Assembly: GCA_964633355.1 (NCBI GenBank)
Contig: CAZWGO010000006.1
Coordinates: forward strand, 23,255 to 87,254
Length of the DNA stretch: 64,000 bases
Origin: an uncultured Micavibrio sp.
Lineage (GTDB): Bacteria; Pseudomonadota; Alphaproteobacteria; Micavibrionales; Micavibrionaceae
Direction: 5' to 3'
In this document: positions 1 through 8,305 of the stretch, one piece after another
Position numbering within the stretch: position 1 is the first letter of the stretch
Layout of the letters: every line of letters starts with the position of its first letter
Notes under the pieces: model-generated
Database searches by the model: none
Seen by the model: only the letters and a program-made list of their open reading frames with translations
Told to the model about the DNA's origin: nothing
Program-made: the position numbers and the translations under genes

Positions 1-32
1 GAAGAACCGAAGAACCGAAGTTTTTAAAGATT

Positions 33-70
33 GTCATTGCTCGGAGGCCGCAGGCCGACATGGCAGTCCA
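33..70. repeat. GC-rich palindromic (REP-like) intergenic element
   Basis: Sequence gtcattgctcggaggccgcaggccgacatggcagtcca. It has the same tgtcatt head as the elements at 10093 and 56126 and an internal ggcc-gca-ggcc palindrome. Confidence 0.4.
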
Positions 71-171
71 TACGGTATTGAAGCTTTATATTACCTAATC
101 TTGCAGTCTTAGAAAAAGTTCATCCTAATTTGCGTGTTATTCATGTTGGAAAATCTAATAAGAACTTGCGA

Positions 172-260
172 GCGCCTAGTCTAGATTTAGACTACTAATC
201 CTACCAGACTTCAGATCTCTCGATTTATATATTCTAGATACCGGCTTTTGCCGGTATTAC
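172..260 (+). repeat. 89-bp structured direct repeat, copy 1 (paired with 1174..1262)
   Basis: Aligns without gaps to 1174..1262 with about 16 mismatches by hand count. Contains hairpins gtcta-gatt-tagac and ataccggc-tttt-gccggtat, followed by tacttttt. Confidence 0.8.
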
Positions 261-344
261 TTTTTACTAATCCTAGGAGGTTCTTTATTAAGATTAATTT
301 ATAATGTCCTTGTTCAAAGTAATATTACCGATTATCATTTATTA

Positions 345-1073
345 ATGAGCAAAGATGCAGGTAACGTTTTATTTTTAATCTTAATTGCAGTCGCCTTATT
401 TGCCGCCCTTTCTTATGCAGTTACAGGTTCAACAAGAACTGTCGGTCCTTCTATCTCTAATGAAAAAGCACGAGCTTACGCGGCGCAAATTTTGCAATTC
501 GGGGCTACGGTTAAGGGAGCGGTAACAAGGGTAAAAATTTCATCGGCCTGTACGGATGAAATGATAGATTTTTCAACTCCTAACTATCTAACTTATGGAG
601 GGGCAGAAAAAATCCCAGTTAACCCTAATGCGCCATCTGATAAAAGATGTAATATTTTCGCCCCTTCGGGAGGCGGAGTTTCTGTTGTGATACCTAGCGC
701 TGAGGCTTTAGCACCTCCTAACGCGCCGACGTCAAATATGCTCCAAGCAGGGCATGGAACGATATGGGTTCTTCAGGGGCCTCTAATAGGAACCAGCGGC
801 CCAAGTGGAACAGTTAGTGCTAATGATCTTATGCTTGTTATACCCTGGCTAAAAAAAGAAGTTTGCATGGCAATCAACGACTTAGTCGGAATTGCTAGTG
901 TCGGTGAAGATGTTCCTGGTTGGACGAGTACTGGAACGACCGGTACGTCTCAGGGCGATTTTATTTCGGATAGAGTAATTGCCGTTACGCCAGAGTTTGC
1001 TGGTAAAACTTCATATTGCAGGAAGCAGGCTACTGGCGAATATCACTTTACCCAGTTCTTGATGGAGCGTTGA
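345..1073 (+). CDS. hypothetical protein with a pilin-like hydrophobic N-terminus (secreted or membrane-anchored)
   Basis: 242-aa ORF. The N-terminus MSKDAGNVLFLILIAVALFAALSYAVTGS resembles a prepilin leader (Gly followed by a hydrophobic helix) but lacks Glu at +5. It has four Cys and Gly/Thr/Ser-rich stretches. I recognise no family. Confidence 0.6.
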   Translation: MSKDAGNVLFLILIAVALFAALSYAVTGSTRTVGPSISNEKARAYAAQILQFGATVKGAVTRVKISSACTDEMIDFSTPNYLTYGGAEKIPVNPNAPSDKRCNIFAPSGGGVSVVIPSAEALAPPNAPTSNMLQAGHGTIWVLQGPLIGTSGPSGTVSANDLMLVIPWLKKEVCMAINDLVGIASVGEDVPGWTSTGTTGTSQGDFISDRVIAVTPEFAGKTSYCRKQATGEYHFTQFLMER

Positions 1074-1121
1074 TATTAAAAGACTTCTTTAATTGTCATG
1101 TAATTATCAGAGAAACATTTA

Positions 1122-1163
1122 ATAGATTTGAATATGCATCTCTATTTGGCTAGCCATAAGGGA
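1122..1163 (+). repeat. about 42-bp direct repeat, copy 1 (paired with 1270..1313)
   Basis: atagatttgaatatgcatctctatttggctagccataaggga compared with ataggggcttgaatatgcacttttatttggctaggttaatggga. The two copies flank repeat 1174..1262. Confidence 0.7.
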
Positions 1164-1173
1164 GTATAATAAA

Positions 1174-1262
1174 GCACCTAGTCTAGATTTAGACCGCTAA
1201 TTCTCCGAGACTTCTGATGTCTGGATTTATATCTTCTGGATATCGGCCTTCGCCGGTATGGC
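1174..1262 (+). repeat. 89-bp structured direct repeat, copy 2
   Basis: Gap-free alignment to 172..260. The terminal hairpin is kept through a wobble change (atatcggc-cttc-gccggtat). It lies about 85 nt upstream of clpP, as copy 1 lies about 85 nt upstream of the pilin-like ORF. Confidence 0.8.
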
Positions 1263-1269
1263 GGCAGGA

Positions 1270-1313
1270 ATAGGGGCTTGAATATGCACTTTTATTTGGC
1301 TAGGTTAATGGGA
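1270..1313 (+). repeat. about 42-bp direct repeat, copy 2 (contains a CTTGAA -35-like motif upstream of clpP)
   Basis: See 1122..1163. Confidence 0.7.
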
Positions 1314-1345
1314 CCAAAATACCCACCTAAGCTTAAGGCATATAA

Positions 1346-2008
1346 ATGTTTCCAAGAATTCCCAAAGACAGCGACCCGATGGACGTTTACAACAACTATC
1401 TGGTCCCAACCGTTATCGAGCAGACCAACCGCGGCGAGCGCGCCTTCGACATCTATTCGCGCCTTTTGAAAGAACGCATTATCTTCCTGATCGGTCCGGT
1501 CAATGACAACGTATCCTCGCTGATCTGCGCCCAGCTTTTATTCCTTGAATCTGAGAACCCTGGCAAAGACATTTATTTTTACATCAACTCCCCGGGCGGC
1601 GTCGTGTCTTCCGGTCTCGCGATGTACGATACGATGCAGTATATCAAGCCTGACGTTTCAACCGTTTGTATCGGCCAAGCCTGTTCTATGGGCTCCTTCC
1701 TGCTGATGGCCGGCGCTGAAAACAAGCGTTACTGTTTGCCAAACTCCCGTATCATGATTCACCAGCCATCCGGCGGTGCGCAGGGTATGGCGTCCGATAT
1801 CGAAATTCAGGCAGCGGAGATCGTTCGCCTTAAGAAAATTTTGACTGAAACTTACGTCAAGCATACGGGCCAGAAATATAAAACGCTGGAAGACCTGATG
1901 GACCGCGACAAGTGGCTGTCTGCCGAGGAGTCGAAAGCTCTAGGCCTGGTCGATCATGTCGTGACATCCAGAAATGATGTGATTAAGCCTGTCGAGGAAA
2001 AGAAATAG
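1346..2008 (+). CDS. clpP: ATP-dependent Clp protease proteolytic subunit
   Basis: Contains [30 protein letters not shown], the catalytic Ser context [11 protein letters not shown] and IMIHQPSGG. The start could instead be the ATG at 1379. Confidence 0.96.
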   Translation: MFPRIPKDSDPMDVYNNYLVPTVIEQTNRGERAFDIYSRLLKERIIFLIGPVNDNVSSLICAQLLFLESENPGKDIYFYINSPGGVVSSGLAMYDTMQYIKPDVSTVCIGQACSMGSFLLMAGAENKRYCLPNSRIMIHQPSGGAQGMASDIEIQAAEIVRLKKILTETYVKHTGQKYKTLEDLMDRDKWLSAEESKALGLVDHVVTSRNDVIKPVEEKK

Positions 2009-2065
2009 GTAATTATCGGCTTTTTACTGAAGCCTTGAATTTCTTAAAATCTTAACCATTTTAGT

Positions 2066-2091
2066 AAAAGCTGGGCATTAATCCAGCTTTT
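2066..2091 (+). terminator. hairpin downstream of clpP (possible rho-independent or bidirectional terminator)
   Basis: aaaagctgg-gcattaat-ccagctttt forms a 9-bp stem whose 3' arm ends in a T-run. Confidence 0.5.
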
Positions 2092-2137
2092 CACATTTAG
2101 TCTCATGCTTATTTAAGGTGAGACAAGGAGTACCAAA

Positions 2138-4549
2138 ATGATCGGGTTCCGTTCAAATATGCCGAAGGCTTATGCCGTTCTTCCTCTTCGCGATATCGTG
2201 GTTTTCCCACATATGATCGTGCCGCTCTTCGTAGGGCGCGAAAAGTCGGTGAAGGCTCTCGAAAAAGTCATGGAAGGCGGGAAGAAAATTCTTCTTCTTA
2301 CGCAAAAATCCCCAACTACCGACGATCCTATCATCGATGATTTATATTCCTCGGGGACGATCGGTACGATTTTACAACTTCTGAAATTACCGGACGGAAC
2401 GGTAAAGGTTCTGGTCGAAGGCGAAAGCCGCGCCAAGGTCGAACAGCCTCTGGCCAATGACGATTTCATGGAAGTTGAAGCGTCTATCATAGAAGATGCA
2501 ACGCCTCAAAATGAAGAGATGGCGGCATTGTCGCGCGCACTATCCACGCAGTTCGAAGAATACGTCAAGCTGAATAAAAAAATTCCGCCCGAAGTTATAG
2601 TCTCTATTAATCAGATCGATGATGCGTCGAAACTGTCAGATACCGTGGCATCTCATTTAAGTTTGAAGCTTGAAGAGAAACAAAAAATTCTCGAAATCAA
2701 TAATACCGCCGAACGCATGGAGCATATTTTCTCGCTGATGGACGGCGAGATCGGTGTGCTGCAAGTTGAAAAGCGCATTCGTGGCCGCGTCAAGCGCCAG
2801 ATGGAAAAAACGCAGCGCGAATATTATCTCAACGAACAAATGAAGGCGATCCAGAAGGAGCTTGGTGACGGCGAAAGCGGCGACGAGATTCAGGAGCTGG
2901 AAAAGAAAATCGGCGGTACGAAGCTTTCCAAGGAAGCGCGTGAAAAAGCCAAAGGTGAGTTGAAGAAGCTCAAACAGATGTCGCCGATGTCGGCGGAAGC
3001 GACCGTCGTTCGCAATTACCTCGACTGGATTTTATCCGTGCCGTGGAACAAGCCGAGCAAGGTCAAAAAAGATATCGTCGAAGCCGAGAAAATTCTTAAC
3101 AAGGATCATTTCGGTCTAGAAAAAGTCAAAGAGCGGATCCTTGAATATCTGGCCGTGCAGCAGCGCGCAACGAAAGTGAAGGGGCCAATCCTTTGTCTTG
3201 TCGGTCCTCCGGGTGTTGGTAAAACATCGCTGGCGGCGTCGATTGCCAAAGCAACCAACCGTAATTTCGTGCGCTTGTCTTTGGGCGGCGTGCGCGATGA
3301 ATCTGAAATTCGCGGTCACCGCCGCACCTATATCGGGGCCTTGCCGGGTAAAATTATCCAGTCGATGAAGAAGGCAAAATCGTCCAACCCGCTTTTCCTC
3401 CTCGACGAGATCGAAAAAATGGGATCGGATTATCGCGGCGACCCTTCGGCGGCTTTGCTTGAGGTTTTAGATCCTGAACAAAATTCGACATTTGCGGACC
3501 ACTATCTGGAACTCGATTACGATTTGTCGGATGTGATGTTTATCTGCACGGCAAACAGTTTGCGCATGCCGCAGCCTCTTTTGGACCGGATGGAAATCAT
3601 TCGCATCGGCGGTTATACCGAAGACGAAAAAATGGAAATCGTCAAACGCCATTTGCTCGCCAAGCAAATCAAGGCGACGGGTCTTCGCGCCGGTGAATTC
3701 AAAATCACCGATGATGCCTTGAGAGATTTGATCCGTCATTACACGCGCGAAGCCGGTGTGCGCTCTCTCGAGCGCGAACTTGCCAGCCTATGCCGTAAAG
3801 CAATCAAGGAAATTCTTCGCAAAGGTAAGAAGCAGATTTCGGTCAATTCCGCCAACCTGAAAAAATATGCCGGTATTCCGCGATATAAATATGGCGAGCT
3901 GGAGGTGGCTGACAGAGTCGGTGTTGTGAACGGTCTTGCCTATACTGAATTCGGCGGCGATATTTTGTCGATCGAAGCGGTGACGATGCCGGGCAAGGAT
4001 GGCAAGGTTTCGACAACCGGTAATTTGCGCGAAGTCATGAAAGAATCGATCACGGTTGCCGAGATGCTGATCAAGTCACGTTCGAAGCAATTCGGGATTC
4101 ATTATGACGACTTGAAAGATATGAGTATCCATGTTCACGTTCCGGAAGGTGCGACCCCAAAAGATGGTCCTTCCGCAGGCGCGGCCATGGTCACGGCGAT
4201 TATTTCCGCGATTACCAATATCGAGATCAAACGCGATATCGCCATGACCGGCGAGGTTAATCTGCGCGGAAACGTGACCGAAATTGGGGGCTTAAAAGAA
4301 AAGCTTCTCGCGGCCCACAGGAGCGGCATCAAAACCGTCCTTATCCCGCAGGATAATGAGAAGGATATCGAGGAAATTCCGGCCAATGTTAAAAAAGGCC
4401 TGAAAATCATTCCGGTTGATAATATTCAGGATGTCCTGATCCATGCTCTAGTACGCGTGCCAGAGCCGATTGAGGAAAAACCGCATGATTACGAGCCGGT
4501 GTCGCCACCTGTTGAGGCTGCCGAGGAAGGTGATGCGCTGAGGCATTAA
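2138..4549 (+). CDS. lon: ATP-dependent Lon protease
   Basis: 803 aa with a LON N-domain, Walker A GPPGVGKTS and the protease motif PKDGPSAGAAMVTA. AAGGAG lies 8 nt upstream of the ATG. Confidence 0.97.
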   Translation: MIGFRSNMPKAYAVLPLRDIVVFPHMIVPLFVGREKSVKALEKVMEGGKKILLLTQKSPTTDDPIIDDLYSSGTIGTILQLLKLPDGTVKVLVEGESRAKVEQPLANDDFMEVEASIIEDATPQNEEMAALSRALSTQFEEYVKLNKKIPPEVIVSINQIDDASKLSDTVASHLSLKLEEKQKILEINNTAERMEHIFSLMDGEIGVLQVEKRIRGRVKRQMEKTQREYYLNEQMKAIQKELGDGESGDEIQELEKKIGGTKLSKEAREKAKGELKKLKQMSPMSAEATVVRNYLDWILSVPWNKPSKVKKDIVEAEKILNKDHFGLEKVKERILEYLAVQQRATKVKGPILCLVGPPGVGKTSLAASIAKATNRNFVRLSLGGVRDESEIRGHRRTYIGALPGKIIQSMKKAKSSNPLFLLDEIEKMGSDYRGDPSAALLEVLDPEQNSTFADHYLELDYDLSDVMFICTANSLRMPQPLLDRMEIIRIGGYTEDEKMEIVKRHLLAKQIKATGLRAGEFKITDDALRDLIRHYTREAGVRSLERELASLCRKAIKEILRKGKKQISVNSANLKKYAGIPRYKYGELEVADRVGVVNGLAYTEFGGDILSIEAVTMPGKDGKVSTTGNLREVMKESITVAEMLIKSRSKQFGIHYDDLKDMSIHVHVPEGATPKDGPSAGAAMVTAIISAITNIEIKRDIAMTGEVNLRGNVTEIGGLKEKLLAAHRSGIKTVLIPQDNEKDIEEIPANVKKGLKIIPVDNIQDVLIHALVRVPEPIEEKPHDYEPVSPPVEAAEEGDALRH

Positions 4550-4602
4550 TTTTAAAATTAGTGCTTGAAATCAATTCGATACAGCTTTAAACAGACACCA
4601 GC

Positions 4603-4677
4603 GCGCGGTTAGCTCAGCGGTAGAGCAACTCGTTTACACCGAGTGGGTCGGCGGTTCAATCCCGTCACTGCGCACCA
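4603..4677 (+). tRNA. tRNA-Val (anticodon TAC)
   Basis: Hand-folded cloverleaf. Acceptor gcgcggt/actgcgc (one G-U), D arm gctc/gagc, anticodon arm actcg-ttTACac-cgagt, T arm ggcgg-ttcaatc-ccgtc, encoded CCA. Confidence 0.9.
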
Positions 4678-5405
4678 TTTTTCCTTAAATCATCCCATAT
4701 CGGAAAGAAGGCCAGCAAGGCCAGAATAAGCGCGAACGGGATTGTCATGATAAAGCCGACGGCTTTAAATGAAACTGCTCCCAAAACGGCACCTATTAAA
4801 AATGAAAAGAAAAGGCAACTTCGTAATTTAAGCTTTTCACCATCAATTACCACAAAGGGATCTTTTGAGACCTTAGAATAAAAAAACCTGCCAATTGCAA
4901 TGCCGATATCGGTTGCCAATCCGGTAACATGCGTCGTTCTGATTTCGGCGTTTGAAATTTTAGTAATGATGGCGTTTTGAAGCCCCATGATAAAGCAAAG
5001 CAGGCAGATCGTCGTGTGCACTAACGGTAAACCTAGATCCAGAATTTTTGCAGCGAAGAGTCCAAAGGTCAGGAGTAGGGTTGCCTCCAGCATCAGAGCG
5101 CCTGCATATTCACTATGAAGGTTTCGGGTTCTTGCCCAGTTTATCATGATGGCTGATATAACCGCCCCGGCAATAAACGACAGAACATAACCAGCAGAGA
5201 TCAGCGCGGCGTCCATCCTGTTAAGCGCAATATAATCGCCGATGGATGAGGTAATGCCTGTCATATGAGATGTATATGTGCCAACTGCCAGAAATCCTGC
5301 GGCATTGATCGCGCCAGCGACAAAAGCCAGTATTACTCCCAGAAGAGTATTTGCCCTTTTATTGCGGTGCTTACCACCTAGGGTCCGAATGGTTTTTACA
5401 GGCAT
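4665..5405 (-). CDS. DUF1275/YoaK-family inner-membrane protein
   Basis: 246 aa and polytopic. The motifs AGAINAAGFL...TSHMTG and THVTGLATDIG are typical of DUF1275. Its 3' end overlaps the tRNA-Val 3' end by 13 nt. Confidence 0.75.
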   Translation of the reverse strand: MPVKTIRTLGGKHRNKRANTLLGVILAFVAGAINAAGFLAVGTYTSHMTGITSSIGDYIALNRMDAALISAGYVLSFIAGAVISAIMINWARTRNLHSEYAGALMLEATLLLTFGLFAAKILDLGLPLVHTTICLLCFIMGLQNAIITKISNAEIRTTHVTGLATDIGIAIGRFFYSKVSKDPFVVIDGEKLKLRSCLFFSFLIGAVLGAVSFKAVGFIMTIPFALILALLAFFPIWDDLRKNGAQ

Positions 5406-5570
5406 ATCTACATACTCGACTATTCGATTAAATATGAAGTCACCTTATCAAATCTTCCGGCTACGCTAAAATCCTTATTAGAGCAATCTAAGGCTTTGAA
5501 CGAAAAAGGCTTTTCTGAATACAATGGTAAATTCTTTTAATCGGCAAGCCAGATGATATAAAATATTATA

Positions 5571-6092
5571 ATGCCGCCATTCGATGCCGAGCTGAATGCC
5601 GTATTAAACGACCGGGACAGGTTAAGAGCCCTTCGGGCCTCCAACCTTCTCGACAGTCCGCGCGAAAAAATATTCGAAGATGTAACGACCGCGATTTGCT
5701 CAACACTCAATGTCCCGATTTCTCTTGTAACTTTGATTGCGCCCGACCGGCAATTCTTTAAAAGCAGCCGTGGCCTTGCTTTTGATTTAACGCTCAATCG
5801 GGCGACACCGATAGAAGATTCAACCTGTCAGTATGTCGTCAAAAAAGGCGGGCTTCTCGTTATTGACGATGTAACAGCGGATCCTTTTTTCGTTGCTCAT
5901 GAAGGATTGAAAGGAGTCGGAGCGGGGTCTTATCTCGGGACGCCGCTTTATGTGTTTGGGCAGCCTATTGGCTCTGTTTGCGCGGTGGATATAAAGCCTC
6001 GGAAATGGACGGAAGTTGAAATCGATTTTCTTCAAGGCAAGGCCAACATGCTGGCTCATGAAGTCATTAAACGCAGATCACCGTTATTTTAA
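5571..6092 (+). CDS. stand-alone GAF-domain protein
   Basis: 173 aa with RLRALRASNLLDSPREKIFEDVT...VPISLVTLIAPDRQFFKSSRGL...CQYVV...DPFF...SYLGTPL...IGSVCAVD. This pattern is typical of the GAF domains found at the N-terminus of signalling proteins. Confidence 0.8.
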   Translation: MPPFDAELNAVLNDRDRLRALRASNLLDSPREKIFEDVTTAICSTLNVPISLVTLIAPDRQFFKSSRGLAFDLTLNRATPIEDSTCQYVVKKGGLLVIDDVTADPFFVAHEGLKGVGAGSYLGTPLYVFGQPIGSVCAVDIKPRKWTEVEIDFLQGKANMLAHEVIKRRSPLF

Positions 6093-7640
6093 AACTTCCT
6101 GAATTTTTTCTGCTAATTGCTGTTTTCTAAAAGGCTTGCCTATCAGGTGAACACCCTCATCGAGCAAACCGCTTTGGAAAATTGCATGTTCAGCATAACC
6201 GGAGTTAAACAGAACACGTAAATTTGGGTATTGCGCCTTAGCCTGTCGGGCAAGGACAGGCCCGTTTATTTCACCAGGCAGCATGACATCCGTAAGAAGA
6301 AGATCAATAGTCGCACCTTTTTCATTGATAATTTTCAAAGCGGCATCACCCGTTAAGGCAGTTATGACTGTGTAGCCTAAGCTTTCTACTATCGAAGAAG
6401 TAAGCTTTAGAACCTCAGGGTTATCTTCGACTACAAGAATTGTTTTGCCTTTGTTTTCAGTGTTAACAGGCAGAATAGTAACTTTTTCTTCCATTATCGC
6501 CGCGTCATCAAGTGAGCGCGGGAGATAAATTTTTACAGATGTTCCTTGCCCAACTTCGCTGTATATCTTGATATGTCCACGGCTCTGTTTAACAAAACCA
6601 TAGACCATGCTCAGGCCGAGTCCGCTGCCTTTGCCGACCGTCTTGGTTGTAAAAAAAGGTTCGAAGGCCTTTTCTATGATTTCGGGCGTCATGCCCGTGC
6701 CTGTATCACTTATGGCCACAAGGGCATAATCTCCGGGAACGACATCTAAATTATGAGCGGCATAATTTTCATCGAGGTATATATTTTGTGTCTCGTAAAT
6801 AAGTTTTCCGCCCTTGGGCATGGCATCCCGCGCATTGATAGAAAGATTTAGCAAGGCGTTTTCAAGCTGACGGGGGTCGATTTTAGTATTCCAGAGATCC
6901 TGTGCCAGCGACAAGCGGATTTCTATTCTCTCACCAAGAGTCCGTTTGGCAAGTTTCGACATGCTCGTAATGAGATCGTTGACAGAAATAACTTTGGGTT
7001 GAAGAGTTTGTTTTCTTCCAAAAGCTAACAATCTTTGCGTTAGTTCAGAGCCATGTTCTGCTGCTTCGATACTGGGCTGTATATATTCACGTAGAGGATC
7101 TTGGTCATCGGTTTTTTCATAGAGGAAGTCCAGATTCCCCATGATGATCGCAAGGATATTATTAAAATCATGGGCTATGCCGCCAGTCAACTGACCCAAG
7201 GCTTCCATTTTTTGTGCTTGGCGCAACTGTTCGCGTTCCTTGTCAGCTTCTTTGCGCTCGCTTATATCCCGGATTATACCAACAAAAGCATGGGCCGTTC
7301 CTTTAGGTGTAGCGCCGATGGCAAGCTCCATAGGGAATGTGGTTCCATCTTTTCGTTGTCCTGAGACTTCCCGTCCGATGCCAATGATCTTGGCTATCCC
7401 TGTACTAAGATAATTTTTCAAATATCCGTCATGGTTTTCCCTGTAAGGGCTCGGCATCAAAATGCTAACATTTTTTCCAAGAACATCTTCAACTGAATAA
7501 CCAAATAGTCTTGTACATGCTTTGTTAAATGATAAAATCTTGCCACTTTCATCGATTGTGACAACCCCATCTACAATTGTATCCAGAATAGTATCAACAA
7601 TACTTTGCAAAGATCGTGATGCGACAGAGCGTTCAGTCAT
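6084..7640 (-). CDS. hybrid sensor histidine kinase (PAS-HisKA-HATPase-REC) with a FixL-like heme-PAS
   Basis: The PAS carries [22 protein letters not shown]...[25 protein letters not shown]. It also has the H-box [11 protein letters not shown], ATPase G-boxes DTGTGM and GKGSGLGLS, and a C-terminal receiver (ILVVEDN...[10 protein letters not shown]...GKPF). Confidence 0.9.
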   Translation of the reverse strand: [518 protein letters not shown]

Positions 7641-8050
7641 GATAAATTATTCTTACATTGTGAATCATCGTCAGATTTAGGAAGCATAACTTTGATTTCC
7701 TCCAGAATATTGCGAAGTAAGGGAACCCTGAATGGTTTTGGAATATTAGCTACAATTGAGAGCCCGTAGACATGTCCAATGTCCTCAGCCATGTGTCTAA
7801 AAGTATTATCAGCACTGAGGATGACGATATAGGATTTGCATGTGCTATCTTTAAGAAAGCGCAGAACCTCAAATCCATCCATCCCGGGCATAACGATATC
7901 CAATACGATGATATCCGGCCTAAAAGAATCATAAGCAGTTTTGAACTCATGTTCATTATGCGCGCACATGGTTTCAAGACCGCAGCCAATGCCGACGTTA
8001 CTAATAATATCTGCAATAGATTTATTATCTTCGACAGCCAATAGTCTCAT
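7637..8050 (-). CDS. single-domain response regulator (receiver only)
   Basis: 137 aa with LLAVEDN, the phospho-acceptor context IIVLDIVMPGMDG, ILSAD and IPKPF. There is no output domain. It has four Cys. Its stop overlaps the kinase start (ATGA). Confidence 0.88.
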   Translation of the reverse strand: MRLLAVEDNKSIADIISNVGIGCGLETMCAHNEHEFKTAYDSFRPDIIVLDIVMPGMDGFEVLRFLKDSTCKSYIVILSADNTFRHMAEDIGHVYGLSIVANIPKPFRVPLLRNILEEIKVMLPKSDDDSQCKNNLS

Positions 8051-8305
8051 TTTTATACCACTTCTTTTTGGCTTCTGAGGTTTTATAAAAAATTACTCAA
8101 ATCTAGTGGAGGATATATCGTAATTTCGCATATACGGTCTTAGCTATCAAGAAAATTAGGCTTCGTAGAGCATGTAATAGTTTTGTGCGCAAGCGTAAGG
8201 AGATATCGTATGTTAACATTATGCGTTAGGCATATCATCAATCGACTCATTAATTCTTTCGAAAGTCATATAATAGGGCTAAGCTCATTCGAAATGGAGA
8301 GTTGA

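Noticed and set aside
1-25. gaagaacc gaagaacc gaag tandem repeat at the window edge, considered as a possible CRISPR or VNTR.
   Set aside because: There are only 2.5 copies of an 8-mer with no spacers. It is too short to call, and it is truncated by the window start.
172-1262. Whether the 89-bp repeats are integron attC sites, making the pilin-like ORF a gene cassette.
   Set aside because: I found no inverse-core/core pair (RYYYAAC ... GTTRRRY) and no overall imperfect dyad symmetry between the ends. No intI is in view.
2034-2063. A sigma32-type heat-shock promoter for lon (CTTGAA-16-CCATTTTA).
   Set aside because: I did not list it as a feature. The match is plausible, but the strong hairpin at 2066..2091 lies immediately downstream, so promoter and terminator roles cannot be separated from sequence alone. 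The clpP-proximal CTTGAA at 1277 has no convincing -10 element.
4665-4677. The 13-nt overlap between the DUF1275 gene 3' end and the tRNA-Val 3' end, considered as a sign of a pseudogene or an att site.
   Set aside because: The ORF is full length with conserved motifs throughout and the tRNA folds normally. There is no duplicated tRNA segment nearby. This is probably just a compact convergent arrangement.
5537-5797. 86-aa minus-strand ORF overlapping the start of the GAF gene.
   Set aside because: It is antisense to a well-supported GAF-domain CDS and has no signals or motifs.
8051-8305. A FixK/FNR box (TTGA-N6-TCAA) between the receiver-kinase operon and ald, and also in 5406..5570.
   Set aside because: Only isolated half-sites (atcaa) are present, with no properly spaced dyad.
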